Source: a bacterium (GTDB taxonomy: Bacteria > Zhuqueibacterota > Zhuqueibacteria > Residuimicrobiales > Krinioviventaceae). From it: 64,000 nucleotides of DNA. The notes under the pieces were generated by a model that searched no databases, was not told where the DNA came from, and was given only the letters and a program-made list of their open reading frames with translations. The translations under genes were made by a program, and so were the position numbers. Each line of letters opens with the position of its first letter. Positions within the stretch are counted from its first letter, which is position 1. Below, piece after piece: positions 10,644 through 20,285 of the stretch. The stretch covers positions 224,001 through 288,000 of the forward strand of contig CAXXFV010000003.1 of assembly GCA_963674595.2 (NCBI GenBank), written 5' to 3'.

Positions 10644-11555
10644 ATGATCCAAAAAAACACAGTGATTATTCTTGGGGCTGGGGCCAGCAAACCATATAAT
10701 TTCCCTCTCGGAGTAGAACTGCGAGATGAGATAATAAAAATAGGTGCAAATGATCGTGGACTAGAAGCTACTTTTTTTTCACAGATTACAGGATTTGATT
10801 CAGGATACCTATATAAATTTACAACAGATTTATCTAAATCTGGTTATTCTTCAGTCGACGCATTCTTAGAAAACAGGCCTGAATGGATTGAAATAGGAAA
10901 GCATACAATTGCACATAAACTGTTTTTTTATGAAAAAAATGCAAAATTATTTCCACCTGAACAACCAAAGGACCATTGGTACGAAACTTTATGGCATAAT
11001 ATGATGGCTCCAACGTGGGAAGAATTTAAATTAAATAAATTACAAATTATTACTTTCAATTATGATCGTTCTTTAGAACATTATCTATCAACTATTTTAA
11101 GTAACAATTATAATATCTCTAAAGAAGAGATAATTCCCTCATTACCAATTATACATGTTCATGGTGATTTAGGTTCTTATAAAAATTATGGGAACCACTC
11201 CTTTGAAAATATAAAATTTGCAGTTTCTTCTATAAAAATTGTACATGAAAGTAATAATTCTACAAAAGAATTTAAACTAGCTGATAAAATCATAGAAAAC
11301 GCGAAGTCAATTCTATTTATTGGATTTGGATACCATATACAAAATTTGATAAAATTTAAATTATTTAAATCTTATTATGAAAATCCCAGTTTAGCATTAC
11401 GGCATCAATATAACAATCTTTTAGGTACTCACAGAGGAATTAAGTCTAAAGCATGGACTAAAATTTGTGGACGATTTAATTTTTCAAGAGAAGCAAAAAA
11501 TCAAGGTGGTGGTTCAATATCGGAATTTTTATCCGAATCGTTGGATTTAGATTAA
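10644..11555 (+). CDS. SIR2-like domain protein (putative NADase/defence effector)
   Basis: N-terminal ILGAGAS, ITFNYDR, HVHG and FIGFGY are SIR2_2-type motifs. Start placed at ATG 10644. Confidence 0.75.
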   Translation: MIQKNTVIILGAGASKPYNFPLGVELRDEIIKIGANDRGLEATFFSQITGFDSGYLYKFTTDLSKSGYSSVDAFLENRPEWIEIGKHTIAHKLFFYEKNAKLFPPEQPKDHWYETLWHNMMAPTWEEFKLNKLQIITFNYDRSLEHYLSTILSNNYNISKEEIIPSLPIIHVHGDLGSYKNYGNHSFENIKFAVSSIKIVHESNNSTKEFKLADKIIENAKSILFIGFGYHIQNLIKFKLFKSYYENPSLALRHQYNNLLGTHRGIKSKAWTKICGRFNFSREAKNQGGGSISEFLSESLDLD

Positions 11556-11795
11556 TAAAAAAAGCCATACTTTAGATACTCGAATAAAAATGTATTGCTT
11601 TCCACCTAACCCCAATCATCCAAAACTCGATCTCCCTTACCGCAAAAATATCGAGTGCGTTCTAAAATTATCTTGAAGCAACTGACATTTTTCACTACAT
11701 TGTGCCTTAAAAATAATTGAAACAAATCCGGGCTGGAAATTTTGGTCCGGTTTTTTATATCCATAAAAATAATTCTATCTCAACAAGGACTTTTC

Positions 11796-12692
11796 ATGCT
11801 GCAAACCCATCTCGGAGAAATAGCCGCCCTGTTAACCGCTGTTTTTTGGACCGCTACGGCCCTGTCTTTCGAAAAAGCAGGCAAACTGATCGGCTCGTTG
11901 GCTGTAAACTGGATCCGCCTGGCAATGGGCCTGGTGTTTCTCTCCATTTTTACATTGTTCACCAGGGGCATGCTTTTTCCTGTGGATGCCACAGCCCATG
12001 CCTGGCTCTGGCTTGGCATTTCGGGATTAATCGGTTTTGTCATCGGAGACGTCCTTTTATTTCAGGCATTCGTACTGATCGGCTCCCGCGTCAGCATGCT
12101 GATTATGGCGCTGGTCCCCCCTATTACCACTTTAATCAGTTGGTTTATGATGGGCGAAACATTGACGGGCACAGACTTGTTAGGTATGGGCCTGGTTGTC
12201 AGCGGGATTGCCCTGGTGGTGCTTGAACGTCCAAGCGGAGAGAAAAACATCAAGCTGTCACACCCTGTTTCCGGACTTTTGTTTGCTGCCGGCGGCGCTG
12301 TCGGACAAGCCGTGGGATTGGTGTTCAGCAAGTATGGTATGGGCGATTACAATGCCTTTGCCGCCACCCAAATTCGGGAATTTGTGGGTCTTTTGGGCAT
12401 GAGCCTGCTCTACTTTCCTTTAAGGGCATGGGGTAAAGTGGGCCTGGGATTTAAAAATAAAAAGGGCATGCTTTATACCACCAATGGTGCCTTCTGGGGT
12501 CCTTTTCTGGGGGTTAGCTTCTCACTGTTGGCCGTTCAGCACGCCCTGGCCGGTGTGGCCTCAACCATCATGTCCATTGTGCCGGTGCTTATTATTCCAC
12601 CCGCCATCATTTTCTTTAAAGAAAAGGTCACGGTAAAAGAAATGACGGGCGCAATGATCGCCGTCATTGGAGTCGGATTGTTGTTTTTATAA
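11796..12692 (+). CDS. DMT/EamA family transporter
   Basis: About 10 TM helices in two EamA repeats (GEIAALLTA...; FFKEKVT). ATG at 11796 follows AAGGA. Confidence 0.88.
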   Translation: MLQTHLGEIAALLTAVFWTATALSFEKAGKLIGSLAVNWIRLAMGLVFLSIFTLFTRGMLFPVDATAHAWLWLGISGLIGFVIGDVLLFQAFVLIGSRVSMLIMALVPPITTLISWFMMGETLTGTDLLGMGLVVSGIALVVLERPSGEKNIKLSHPVSGLLFAAGGAVGQAVGLVFSKYGMGDYNAFAATQIREFVGLLGMSLLYFPLRAWGKVGLGFKNKKGMLYTTNGAFWGPFLGVSFSLLAVQHALAGVASTIMSIVPVLIIPPAIIFFKEKVTVKEMTGAMIAVIGVGLLFL

Positions 12693-13088
12693 AAAATTTG
12701 AACTATACAATTTAAAAAAATTGATCACCCAAATGGCTGCCTTATCTGCGGTCGTATAAAAAAAGTACCGCCTTTACAGGTATAAACCGATATATCGATG
12801 AAACGTTTCAATATTGATATTGCCGATTCCCTCCCTGAGATTGTCCTGAAATAACCTAATCGAATTTTATAATTTAATACTTTCCTTAAATTTAGGTTGT
12901 ATCATTAAAAAACAATTATTAAAATAATCGACGGAAATTAAAATTTTACTCTGAAAAATAGTAAAAATTAGTGCTTTTATTTTTGATCAATGATATTCTA
13001 TAAAATTTAAATAATGGTAACGGATTCGGAATTTCAATTTAAAAAGCAGGCAAAGACCTGTTTGACAAAATTGTTAACAGGATCGGTT

Positions 13089-15047
13089 ATGGGCAACAAA
13101 TTATTTATAAAAAACATTATTTTTGTATTATTTTTAATTACAATTACAAATTGTAATATGGCTTTTTGTGCTGAAGAGCCGGTCCTCAAATGGAATTACA
13201 ACCAACCTCCGTTAAAATGGGGATACAACGATTTGAATAATGACGGCACTCCGGAAACATTATTGTATACATGGAACGGGAAAACGGTAATTTTTGTCAA
13301 CGATGACGGTCAACTACCCTGGAGCGCTGAACAGGAAAATCAGGACTGGAATGCCTATTTTAATAAAGCATTTAATGTAGAACAAAATCCACCGGTTATG
13401 TGGAACCCGATACGCAATAACTGGGGTAATTATACAATTTTAGTAGACAAGGACAGCTCAGGCAGATTTGACGACAACAATGACTTTTATTACAAAGCAA
13501 TGGACCTGAACAATGACGGGCAGCCGGAAGCAGAATTTTTAGTCCCTTTTCCGGGTCGTTCCGTATGGGGCAAACCATACTCAGCAAAACTGCATATCAA
13601 CCTGAACGGTGAAAACGATATGTGCTACCTTTCCTGGAAAGATTTTTTCTACCCGGATGAACAAACGTATACAGACGGCTTCAAATACATTATGAACATC
13701 CACGGCAGCGGCCTGTTTATGAATTGCTATCGTGCCGATATCATCAAAAGCTGGGAGAATCCAATTGCCTGGTATGACTTTGATTTTGACGGACGAACGA
13801 ATATGGTGATGCGATGTGCGGACACATTTCCCGGCGAGAATGGCCATAGAGGAGCAATCGGAGAAGCAGAATTTGCCTTTGAACTAAATTCCAAAACTTC
13901 TGAAAAGCTTTGGAGTGCTTTGGATTTACAATTGACATACTATGACAGTACGCAGGGTTTTGATATTTCCAAATATGCCGACAGAATTGAAAAAATTAAA
14001 GGCCTTAAAGAAGCCGATTTTTTATCCGAAAAATTACTGGCCCATCGGCAGGAAGCGCTTAGGCTGACGGTACCTTACCTTGACGGTTATATGATAATGA
14101 CAGATTATAACGACTGGGAAGGGGCCTGGTTTATTTTTGATGAAGACGATGAAGACGTCCGCTGGGAGGAGATGTTTAGCGTTCATGAAAAAATTAACGG
14201 CGAGTTTTCCGACCGAATCGGCGACCGCTGGGAACACGACAAAGACTTTTCCGGCAAAGGAAAGCTTTATGTTGGAAAATTTGACGGCAGAATCCATTTG
14301 TTTGGGGCGGATGAAGGATATTGGGAGATAGACTACCTGGGTTTATATCATGGAAGTTGTGACCGGGGAAAAACCAAAGAAGGCCCGAAACCGCCAAAAG
14401 GTTTAAAATATCCGTTGGTACGATATTACGACAGTGATAAAAATGGATTTATCGATAAAATAGAATATTCAACGGTTGAATATCAAAATGAAAGACAATC
14501 AAAAAATGTGGTCAAAATCATCAATCTTTTTGATTATGTCACAGCCGAAAATCCACATCCAGATGTATGTGAACTGTTTAATCCAAAAGTAGATGTTCCA
14601 TTAAAAGGATTTAAAATAGAAAACTGGGATGCCCAGTCCTTGCAAGCAAAAGATTTTGAAAACAGCCCAATCAAAGCAGCCTATGATAAATTTTATAAAT
14701 TCTATGGAACTGTTGGTGAAAATCTCTGGAACGATGCGGAAAAATTATATGCCGTTGCAAAAAAACATAACCTTAACCAAAGTGAAAATGCGGACAAAGA
14801 TTTAAAAATCCATTATACCAGGGAAAAATTATCAACATTTAAGGTACTTGATATTCCTTCGGGTTACTCCAGACATTTACAGGCAAACGAAAGACACGAA
14901 AAATATAGGAACGGTTTTTGGCTAAAAGAAAAGGTCTTTGACGATATATTAAAAGCACTTTCGGATGAGGAAAAAATTCAAGCATGTAGTTATTATTACC
15001 GGAATGAAACAGACAGCCTTTGTAAATATTTAGACAGCAGGTTTTAA
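13089..15047 (+). CDS. Secreted hypothetical protein with several Dx[DN]xDG Ca-binding-like motifs
   Basis: Signal peptide after MGNKL; DLNNDGTPE, DLNNDGQPE, DFDFDGRTN, DSDKNGFID. Confidence 0.65.
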   Translation: MGNKLFIKNIIFVLFLITITNCNMAFCAEEPVLKWNYNQPPLKWGYNDLNNDGTPETLLYTWNGKTVIFVNDDGQLPWSAEQENQDWNAYFNKAFNVEQNPPVMWNPIRNNWGNYTILVDKDSSGRFDDNNDFYYKAMDLNNDGQPEAEFLVPFPGRSVWGKPYSAKLHINLNGENDMCYLSWKDFFYPDEQTYTDGFKYIMNIHGSGLFMNCYRADIIKSWENPIAWYDFDFDGRTNMVMRCADTFPGENGHRGAIGEAEFAFELNSKTSEKLWSALDLQLTYYDSTQGFDISKYADRIEKIKGLKEADFLSEKLLAHRQEALRLTVPYLDGYMIMTDYNDWEGAWFIFDEDDEDVRWEEMFSVHEKINGEFSDRIGDRWEHDKDFSGKGKLYVGKFDGRIHLFGADEGYWEIDYLGLYHGSCDRGKTKEGPKPPKGLKYPLVRYYDSDKNGFIDKIEYSTVEYQNERQSKNVVKIINLFDYVTAENPHPDVCELFNPKVDVPLKGFKIENWDAQSLQAKDFENSPIKAAYDKFYKFYGTVGENLWNDAEKLYAVAKKHNLNQSENADKDLKIHYTREKLSTFKVLDIPSGYSRHLQANERHEKYRNGFWLKEKVFDDILKALSDEEKIQACSYYYRNETDSLCKYLDSRF

Positions 15048-15098
15048 TTTCCCCTTGATGATAGGATGAATGAAACATTATAACGGTAGTAATGAGCT

Positions 15099-15135
15099 AA
15101 AAATGGGTACAGTTGTGGGTCTGGCCCATTTTTTT
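15099..15135 (+). terminator. Probable intrinsic terminator
   Basis: aaaaatggg...cccatttttt stem with T-run after the 13089-15047 gene. Confidence 0.5.
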
Positions 15136-15209
15136 ACTCTATAAAATAATAAACGAACATATAATATTCATGCATACCACTTCACCCACTCTCTTAAAAA
15201 ATCTAATAG

Positions 15210-15455
15210 TATAAAAATCCCTTGCGCTGATTTTGAATAATTCGTATTATTCTTTTATCAGGGATAAATGATAATTTTTCAGGACAATTGGTCGAGCACG
15301 GATGTTCCTGATTTACTTTTATCTCACTTTCCATTTTTCAAATACGGGATATAACAGCACACACGAGGAAGAGACGGCACTTTTTAAAAAGCCAGCTTTC
15401 TCTAGTTAATGAACTAAATTGTTGCTGGGAAAAATATAAATAATGTGTTTAGATA
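15210..15455 (+). repeat. Dispersed promoter plus structured leader element, copy 3
   Basis: TTGCGC(15222)-17-TATTAT(15245); ATCAGGGA...TTCCTGAT stem; same conserved blocks. Confidence 0.78.
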
Positions 15456-15517
15456 AAAAGTATATGAAAATGATTTGATAATTAACAACTCTAATTCGAC
15501 AAGTTGGGGAGAAACCA

Positions 15518-17413
15518 ATGAATGGACTAAAAAAATCTGTATTAACAACTATCTTGTTGTTATTAATATTTTCATGTAAAAAAGATCTTTCCACTGATTA
15601 CAAGAAAACAATCAGTTATCCTGTCTATATTTCAACGATTGCTGTTCCTCATACAAACTGGATGTGGCAATATCCCAAACCCCAGGGCAATACACTTAAT
15701 TCCGTATTCACAATTAATGAAAATGAAATTTGGGCGGCTGGTGAAGCCTCAACAATACTACATTCAAAGGACGGCGGTAAAAACTGGTCAGTAAAATCAT
15801 TTCAATCAGAGGAAAGCTTTTTTGATATTTTTTTTCTGAACGAAAATATCGGCTGGCTGGCCGGAACAAACGGCATCATTTTCAACACATTGGATGGCGG
15901 TGAAAGCTGGCAGTCACAATTACTGGATGTTAATAACTGGGTAATCAGTATTTACTTTATCGACGAAAATAATGGATGGGCTGTAGGTTATGATGGCTTG
16001 ATTGCAAATACAATTAACGGCGGAGAAACCTGGCACACAAGTTTTTATAGCGGCGCTACCTGGTTTTATTGCGTTTATTTTCAAGATATAAATCATGGGT
16101 GGATCGTCGGTGACAAAGGCACAATTCTTTATACAGACAATGGCGGCAAGACGTGGGACAAACAATCCTCCGGTACCACGGAAAAACTTGACGATATATG
16201 TTTTATAGAAAACAAAGGATGGATCGCCGGTCATTCCGGAGTGGTTTTGTCCTCTGCCAATAATGGAAAAAGCTGGCATCAGGCTGGTAATACGAATTCC
16301 AACAGAAATAGCAGCATTGTCTTTACCGATCAAAATAATGGCTGGATTGTTGGTAGGCGGTCGGATAATATTTTCCACACAACAAATGGTGGGAATACCT
16401 GGACGGCTCAATCAATTGATGGGTTTGAAGGTCTTTTATCTGTTTCCTTTATTAATGAAAATAAAGGATGGGCAGTCGGTAAAAACGGACTGATGTTCTT
16501 TACCGAGGATGCCGGCGATACCTGGCAAATGTTTTCAACACATCGTAAAACAGAGTGGTTTGAAAGCATTTTCTTTATCGATTCGAAATTCGGGTGGACT
16601 GCCGGCGGCAGAGGTGAAATTCTATGCACAACAGACGGCGGACAAAACTGGGATGATATATCTCCGGACATTACCCACAATCTTTGTGATATATTTTTCC
16701 TGGATCACAACAACGGCTGGGCTGTAGGCGGTTCATTGGGTAAAGATATTATCATTCACACAAATAATGGTGGTAAAAACTGGGACATCCAATCTGTTGA
16801 TACCTATAGTTATCTGAATAGTGTTTTCTTTATTGACCAAACAACCGGGTGGGCAGCGGGCACGGATGGTACTATTTTACATACTGAAAATGGGGGTGAG
16901 AACTGGACAGATCAATCTCCCGGAATTGATATATGGCTGGAAACCATCCAATTCCTGGACAAAAATACAGGCTGGGCCGCCGGTCACGGCAGAACAGTTG
17001 AAGGACACAAAAGTCACATTTTTCACACAAAAGATGGCGGTATAACATGGTCTCCTCAAATAATAAATTCAAGTTATATCTGTGATATTTATTTCAAGGA
17101 CACACAAAATGGCTGGGCAGTCGGCACTGATAGATATATTCATTATACAAAGGACGGCGGGCAAACATGGCAGGAAAGCCAGAATTTTAACGAAATTAAC
17201 TTATTAAATAGCGTATGTTTCGCAAATAATTCTACGGGATGGGCAGGCGGTTACCATGGAAGGATGTTTAAAAGCACAGATGCGGGTAACCATTGGGACC
17301 TTCAATTTATAAATACCTGTACAGACATAAATTCGCTTTATTTTATGGATGATAAAACAGGATGGCTGGTTACAACAAATGCAATTTTGCATACAACCAC
17401 AGGTGGTGAATAA
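15518..17413 (+). CDS. YCF48-related/BNR beta-propeller lipoprotein
   Basis: Lipobox FSC; ~14 repeats of F.D...GW..G..G.I..T.DGG..W. Confidence 0.88.
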   Translation: MNGLKKSVLTTILLLLIFSCKKDLSTDYKKTISYPVYISTIAVPHTNWMWQYPKPQGNTLNSVFTINENEIWAAGEASTILHSKDGGKNWSVKSFQSEESFFDIFFLNENIGWLAGTNGIIFNTLDGGESWQSQLLDVNNWVISIYFIDENNGWAVGYDGLIANTINGGETWHTSFYSGATWFYCVYFQDINHGWIVGDKGTILYTDNGGKTWDKQSSGTTEKLDDICFIENKGWIAGHSGVVLSSANNGKSWHQAGNTNSNRNSSIVFTDQNNGWIVGRRSDNIFHTTNGGNTWTAQSIDGFEGLLSVSFINENKGWAVGKNGLMFFTEDAGDTWQMFSTHRKTEWFESIFFIDSKFGWTAGGRGEILCTTDGGQNWDDISPDITHNLCDIFFLDHNNGWAVGGSLGKDIIIHTNNGGKNWDIQSVDTYSYLNSVFFIDQTTGWAAGTDGTILHTENGGENWTDQSPGIDIWLETIQFLDKNTGWAAGHGRTVEGHKSHIFHTKDGGITWSPQIINSSYICDIYFKDTQNGWAVGTDRYIHYTKDGGQTWQESQNFNEINLLNSVCFANNSTGWAGGYHGRMFKSTDAGNHWDLQFINTCTDINSLYFMDDKTGWLVTTNAILHTTTGGE

Positions 17414-17562
17414 AAAAGATGTGCTGGTATTCATTATAAAGCTTTTGTATTTCATCAATAATTATCTAGCTGGACTCGGCCTTTAGGCTACGTTATAAGT
17501 AATAAATATCAGAACGTTCGAAGACATTTTTAAAACAAAACGTAAAAAAAGTGAGGAATACA

Positions 17563-18069
17563 ATGAAACGCTTATTCCTGTACAGATTTTATTTAATCTA
17601 TTTGTTACTTTTTTTCTTTATCAATTGCGAAAAAGATACAGTTACGGTTCCTGATGAATTAAAACAAGAGTCTGAAATAATTGATACAAGCCAGCATTCC
17701 ATGATGATTCATCTGGACAAAACAGAATACAAAAAAGATGAAATTGCCAAAATAACTGTTACAAACATTTTAAAAAAAGATTTAATTTTAGGCCACTGTG
17801 CTTTTAATATAGGATTTGACATTGAAAAAAGAATAAATAGAAAATGGGAAATGCCTTATACAGTAACCTGCCTTGCAATAGGAGAGCCGTTTTATATAGC
17901 ACAAGATTCAACATTAAAAGGCTCGATTCATTTTCCAATTTTTGAAAATGAACTTGACAGCGTCGAAGGTTATTACCGTCTTAAATTATGGCTCCAAGAT
18001 GCTCAAGAAAGAACTTTGATAGCTGATTCTTTAAGAGTATCAGATCCTATTAAAATAGTATCTGACTAG
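17563..18069 (+). CDS. Hypothetical lipoprotein, Ig-like
   Basis: Hydrophobic signal ending INC; LDKTEY..DE...ITVTN...GYYRL pattern. Confidence 0.6.
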   Translation: MKRLFLYRFYLIYLLLFFFINCEKDTVTVPDELKQESEIIDTSQHSMMIHLDKTEYKKDEIAKITVTNILKKDLILGHCAFNIGFDIEKRINRKWEMPYTVTCLAIGEPFYIAQDSTLKGSIHFPIFENELDSVEGYYRLKLWLQDAQERTLIADSLRVSDPIKIVSD

Positions 18070-18270
18070 ATAAAAACATTAGCTAAAACCTGGCAAAAAG
18101 TTAATCTAAAGAGATTTAATTAAATACCATTCAAACTTTCCAAATAATCCTATTATATTAATACCGGGTTACAGATATTATTTTTAAAATATGAGGTGGC
18201 ATATTGATTGAAAATTTATTACAAAAATCCCTTGCACACTTTTTTTATAATTTGTACTATCATCATATAG

Positions 18271-18759
18271 ATGTCAGCCATATTAAATAATCCAAATTTT
18301 ACTCTAGTGTTTAAAATGCATAAAGTTCCATCTGAAAAAGACTGGGGAAATTATAAAGAAAATTTTGATTCTTTATATGCCTATGAAATGTTCTTTGGTA
18401 AAACCAATGATGACATGCAGGAAAGCTTTCAGGTAAACGTTATCGAACGGGTCGATAACTTACGATGGATGCCGGTAAAAGCATTTCGATACTATATATT
18501 TGGATTAAAAGATTATGTTATGAACGGTGCTTTTGAATTTTCGGACGAGGCAGATGCTTCATCATGTTTTCTGGACCTCATCATAGAAAAACAGGAAAAT
18601 CAGTCCGATTATATTTATCCTGTTTTACAGGATTTAATGGAAGCAATCGAGTATGTCGGCAAACATCAATCTGAATTTGATGCTGATGAAAACATATATG
18701 GCAATTTTAAAGAAAAACTGGAAAGAATTAAAGAGCTGGAAAAAACGTATAAACAATAA
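18271..18759 (+). CDS. Hypothetical acidic protein (start may be MHKVP, ~18316)
   Basis: 162-aa ORF; upstream TTGCAC(18232)-17-TACTAT promoter. Confidence 0.6.
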   Translation: MSAILNNPNFTLVFKMHKVPSEKDWGNYKENFDSLYAYEMFFGKTNDDMQESFQVNVIERVDNLRWMPVKAFRYYIFGLKDYVMNGAFEFSDEADASSCFLDLIIEKQENQSDYIYPVLQDLMEAIEYVGKHQSEFDADENIYGNFKEKLERIKELEKTYKQ

Positions 18760-18798
18760 ATACTTTACTCTCATATCAAAAGCGCTAAAGACGGAAAA

Positions 18799-20250
18799 AT
18801 GACAGAAAAAGAAAATAAACATTGCGAAAAAAGTATCACAAACCTGCAAAAAAAATCTGTTCCTAAAATGCCGCTTGCAATTATTGCCATGATCGGTCCG
18901 GCCTTTATCTGGGCGTCATTTGCCCAGGGCAGCGGCGAGCTTGTATGGTGGCCTTATCTGGCCGCTAAATACGGCCTGTCCTTTATCGGTCTGCTGCTTC
19001 CGGCCTGCCTTATACAATTTTTTGTTAACGCTGAAGTCATTCGCTATACAGCTTTAACAGGTGAGGGCATCTGGGCCGGATTCAAACGACTTGGGATTTG
19101 GTACTCTATACCGCTGTTTGCACTCTGTTTTATATCGCTTCTGTGGTTCGGCGGATACGCCAGCGCCGGTGGTACGGCCCTTTATGAGCTGACACACTTT
19201 CCCGGTCATGTATCTCCCCGGGCCGGATCATTATTCTGGGCTTATGTAACCATTGCTTTGTTTTCATTCGGCATGTTTAAATCAACACGCGTATATAAAC
19301 TGCTTGAAAATTTTATGAAGGTCATTGTGGGCATAACCGTCATCGGACTTTTAATCTCACTGTTCCAGCCGCAGGTCTTTTCGGCATCAAAAGATTTTTT
19401 CTCCTCTTTTTTTAATCCCTTTAGCATCAACATCCCTGCAAACTGGGACCCGACTGACGCATCAAAACTGTTGACAGCAGTGGCCTTTGCCGGTTTGGGT
19501 GGATTTTTTACGCTGATGTATTCCTATTGGATGAAAGACAAAGGTGTGGGCATGGCTGTTTATACCGAAAAAGTCCAAACCGATAAAGATATATCCGGTA
19601 AACAACAGCCGGAACATACAGGCTTTTATTTTGAGGACACTCCGGAAAACAAAACCAACTGGATGGCCTGGCGAAAATATTTACGTTATGACAATCTTTT
19701 TGGTGTTTTAATTAATTTATTTACGGTTATGATTACAACCTGGCTGGCCCTGGCCCTGCTGGCACCCAAAGGGATTTATCCACAGGGCTGGAAAATCGCT
19801 GTGGTACAGTCCGATTTTTTTTATCAGTGGCTGGGTACAATAGGAAAAATTTTGTTCCTCATCATCGCGGCCGCTTTTCTGGGTGACACATGGTTTGCGG
19901 CAGCAGACGGCGCATCACGCGAGTTTGCGGATTTTACACGATCCCATTCATCCCGGGCCGGACAAAAAAGCTTTAGCTATTGGTATTACTTTTGGCTTGT
20001 TTTTCTTATTGCTGTTACGTGTATCACCATGCCCCTGGCACAACCCGGCGCTTTGATTCAAATTGGCGGTGTAATCAGTATCGTTGCTTTCGTTCTGTTT
20101 ATCCCTGTGCTTTATTTCCTGAACTATCGATTGCTGCCTAAAAAATTCCCACAATGGGTAGTCCCTCCTGTTTGGCGGGCTATTATACTCTGGAGTGTTT
20201 GGGCAATATATCTTTTAATAGCAATCTGGTATCTCTATATTGTTTTTTGA
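18799..20250 (+). CDS. Nramp-family (MntH/YcsG-like) permease
   Basis: IGPAFIWASFAQGSGE, RYTALTGE, ~11 TM helices; lacks the canonical DPGN metal motif. Confidence 0.75.
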   Translation: MTEKENKHCEKSITNLQKKSVPKMPLAIIAMIGPAFIWASFAQGSGELVWWPYLAAKYGLSFIGLLLPACLIQFFVNAEVIRYTALTGEGIWAGFKRLGIWYSIPLFALCFISLLWFGGYASAGGTALYELTHFPGHVSPRAGSLFWAYVTIALFSFGMFKSTRVYKLLENFMKVIVGITVIGLLISLFQPQVFSASKDFFSSFFNPFSINIPANWDPTDASKLLTAVAFAGLGGFFTLMYSYWMKDKGVGMAVYTEKVQTDKDISGKQQPEHTGFYFEDTPENKTNWMAWRKYLRYDNLFGVLINLFTVMITTWLALALLAPKGIYPQGWKIAVVQSDFFYQWLGTIGKILFLIIAAAFLGDTWFAAADGASREFADFTRSHSSRAGQKSFSYWYYFWLVFLIAVTCITMPLAQPGALIQIGGVISIVAFVLFIPVLYFLNYRLLPKKFPQWVVPPVWRAIILWSVWAIYLLIAIWYLYIVF

Positions 20251-20285
20251 AAGAAAAAATTTGCAACAAATAAAAGGAATTTAAA

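Noticed and set aside
15650-17400. Periodic DNA repeats that might suggest CRISPR or tandem repeats
   Set aside because: They are codon-level echoes of YCF48/BNR protein repeats, with no identical repeat-spacer pattern.
3940-17500. Integron-like cassette array (RYYYAAC boxes at ~3948 and ~11604; co-oriented orphan genes)
   Set aside because: No matching GTTRRRY partners with proper attC palindromes, no integrase in the window, and the genes have their own promoters.
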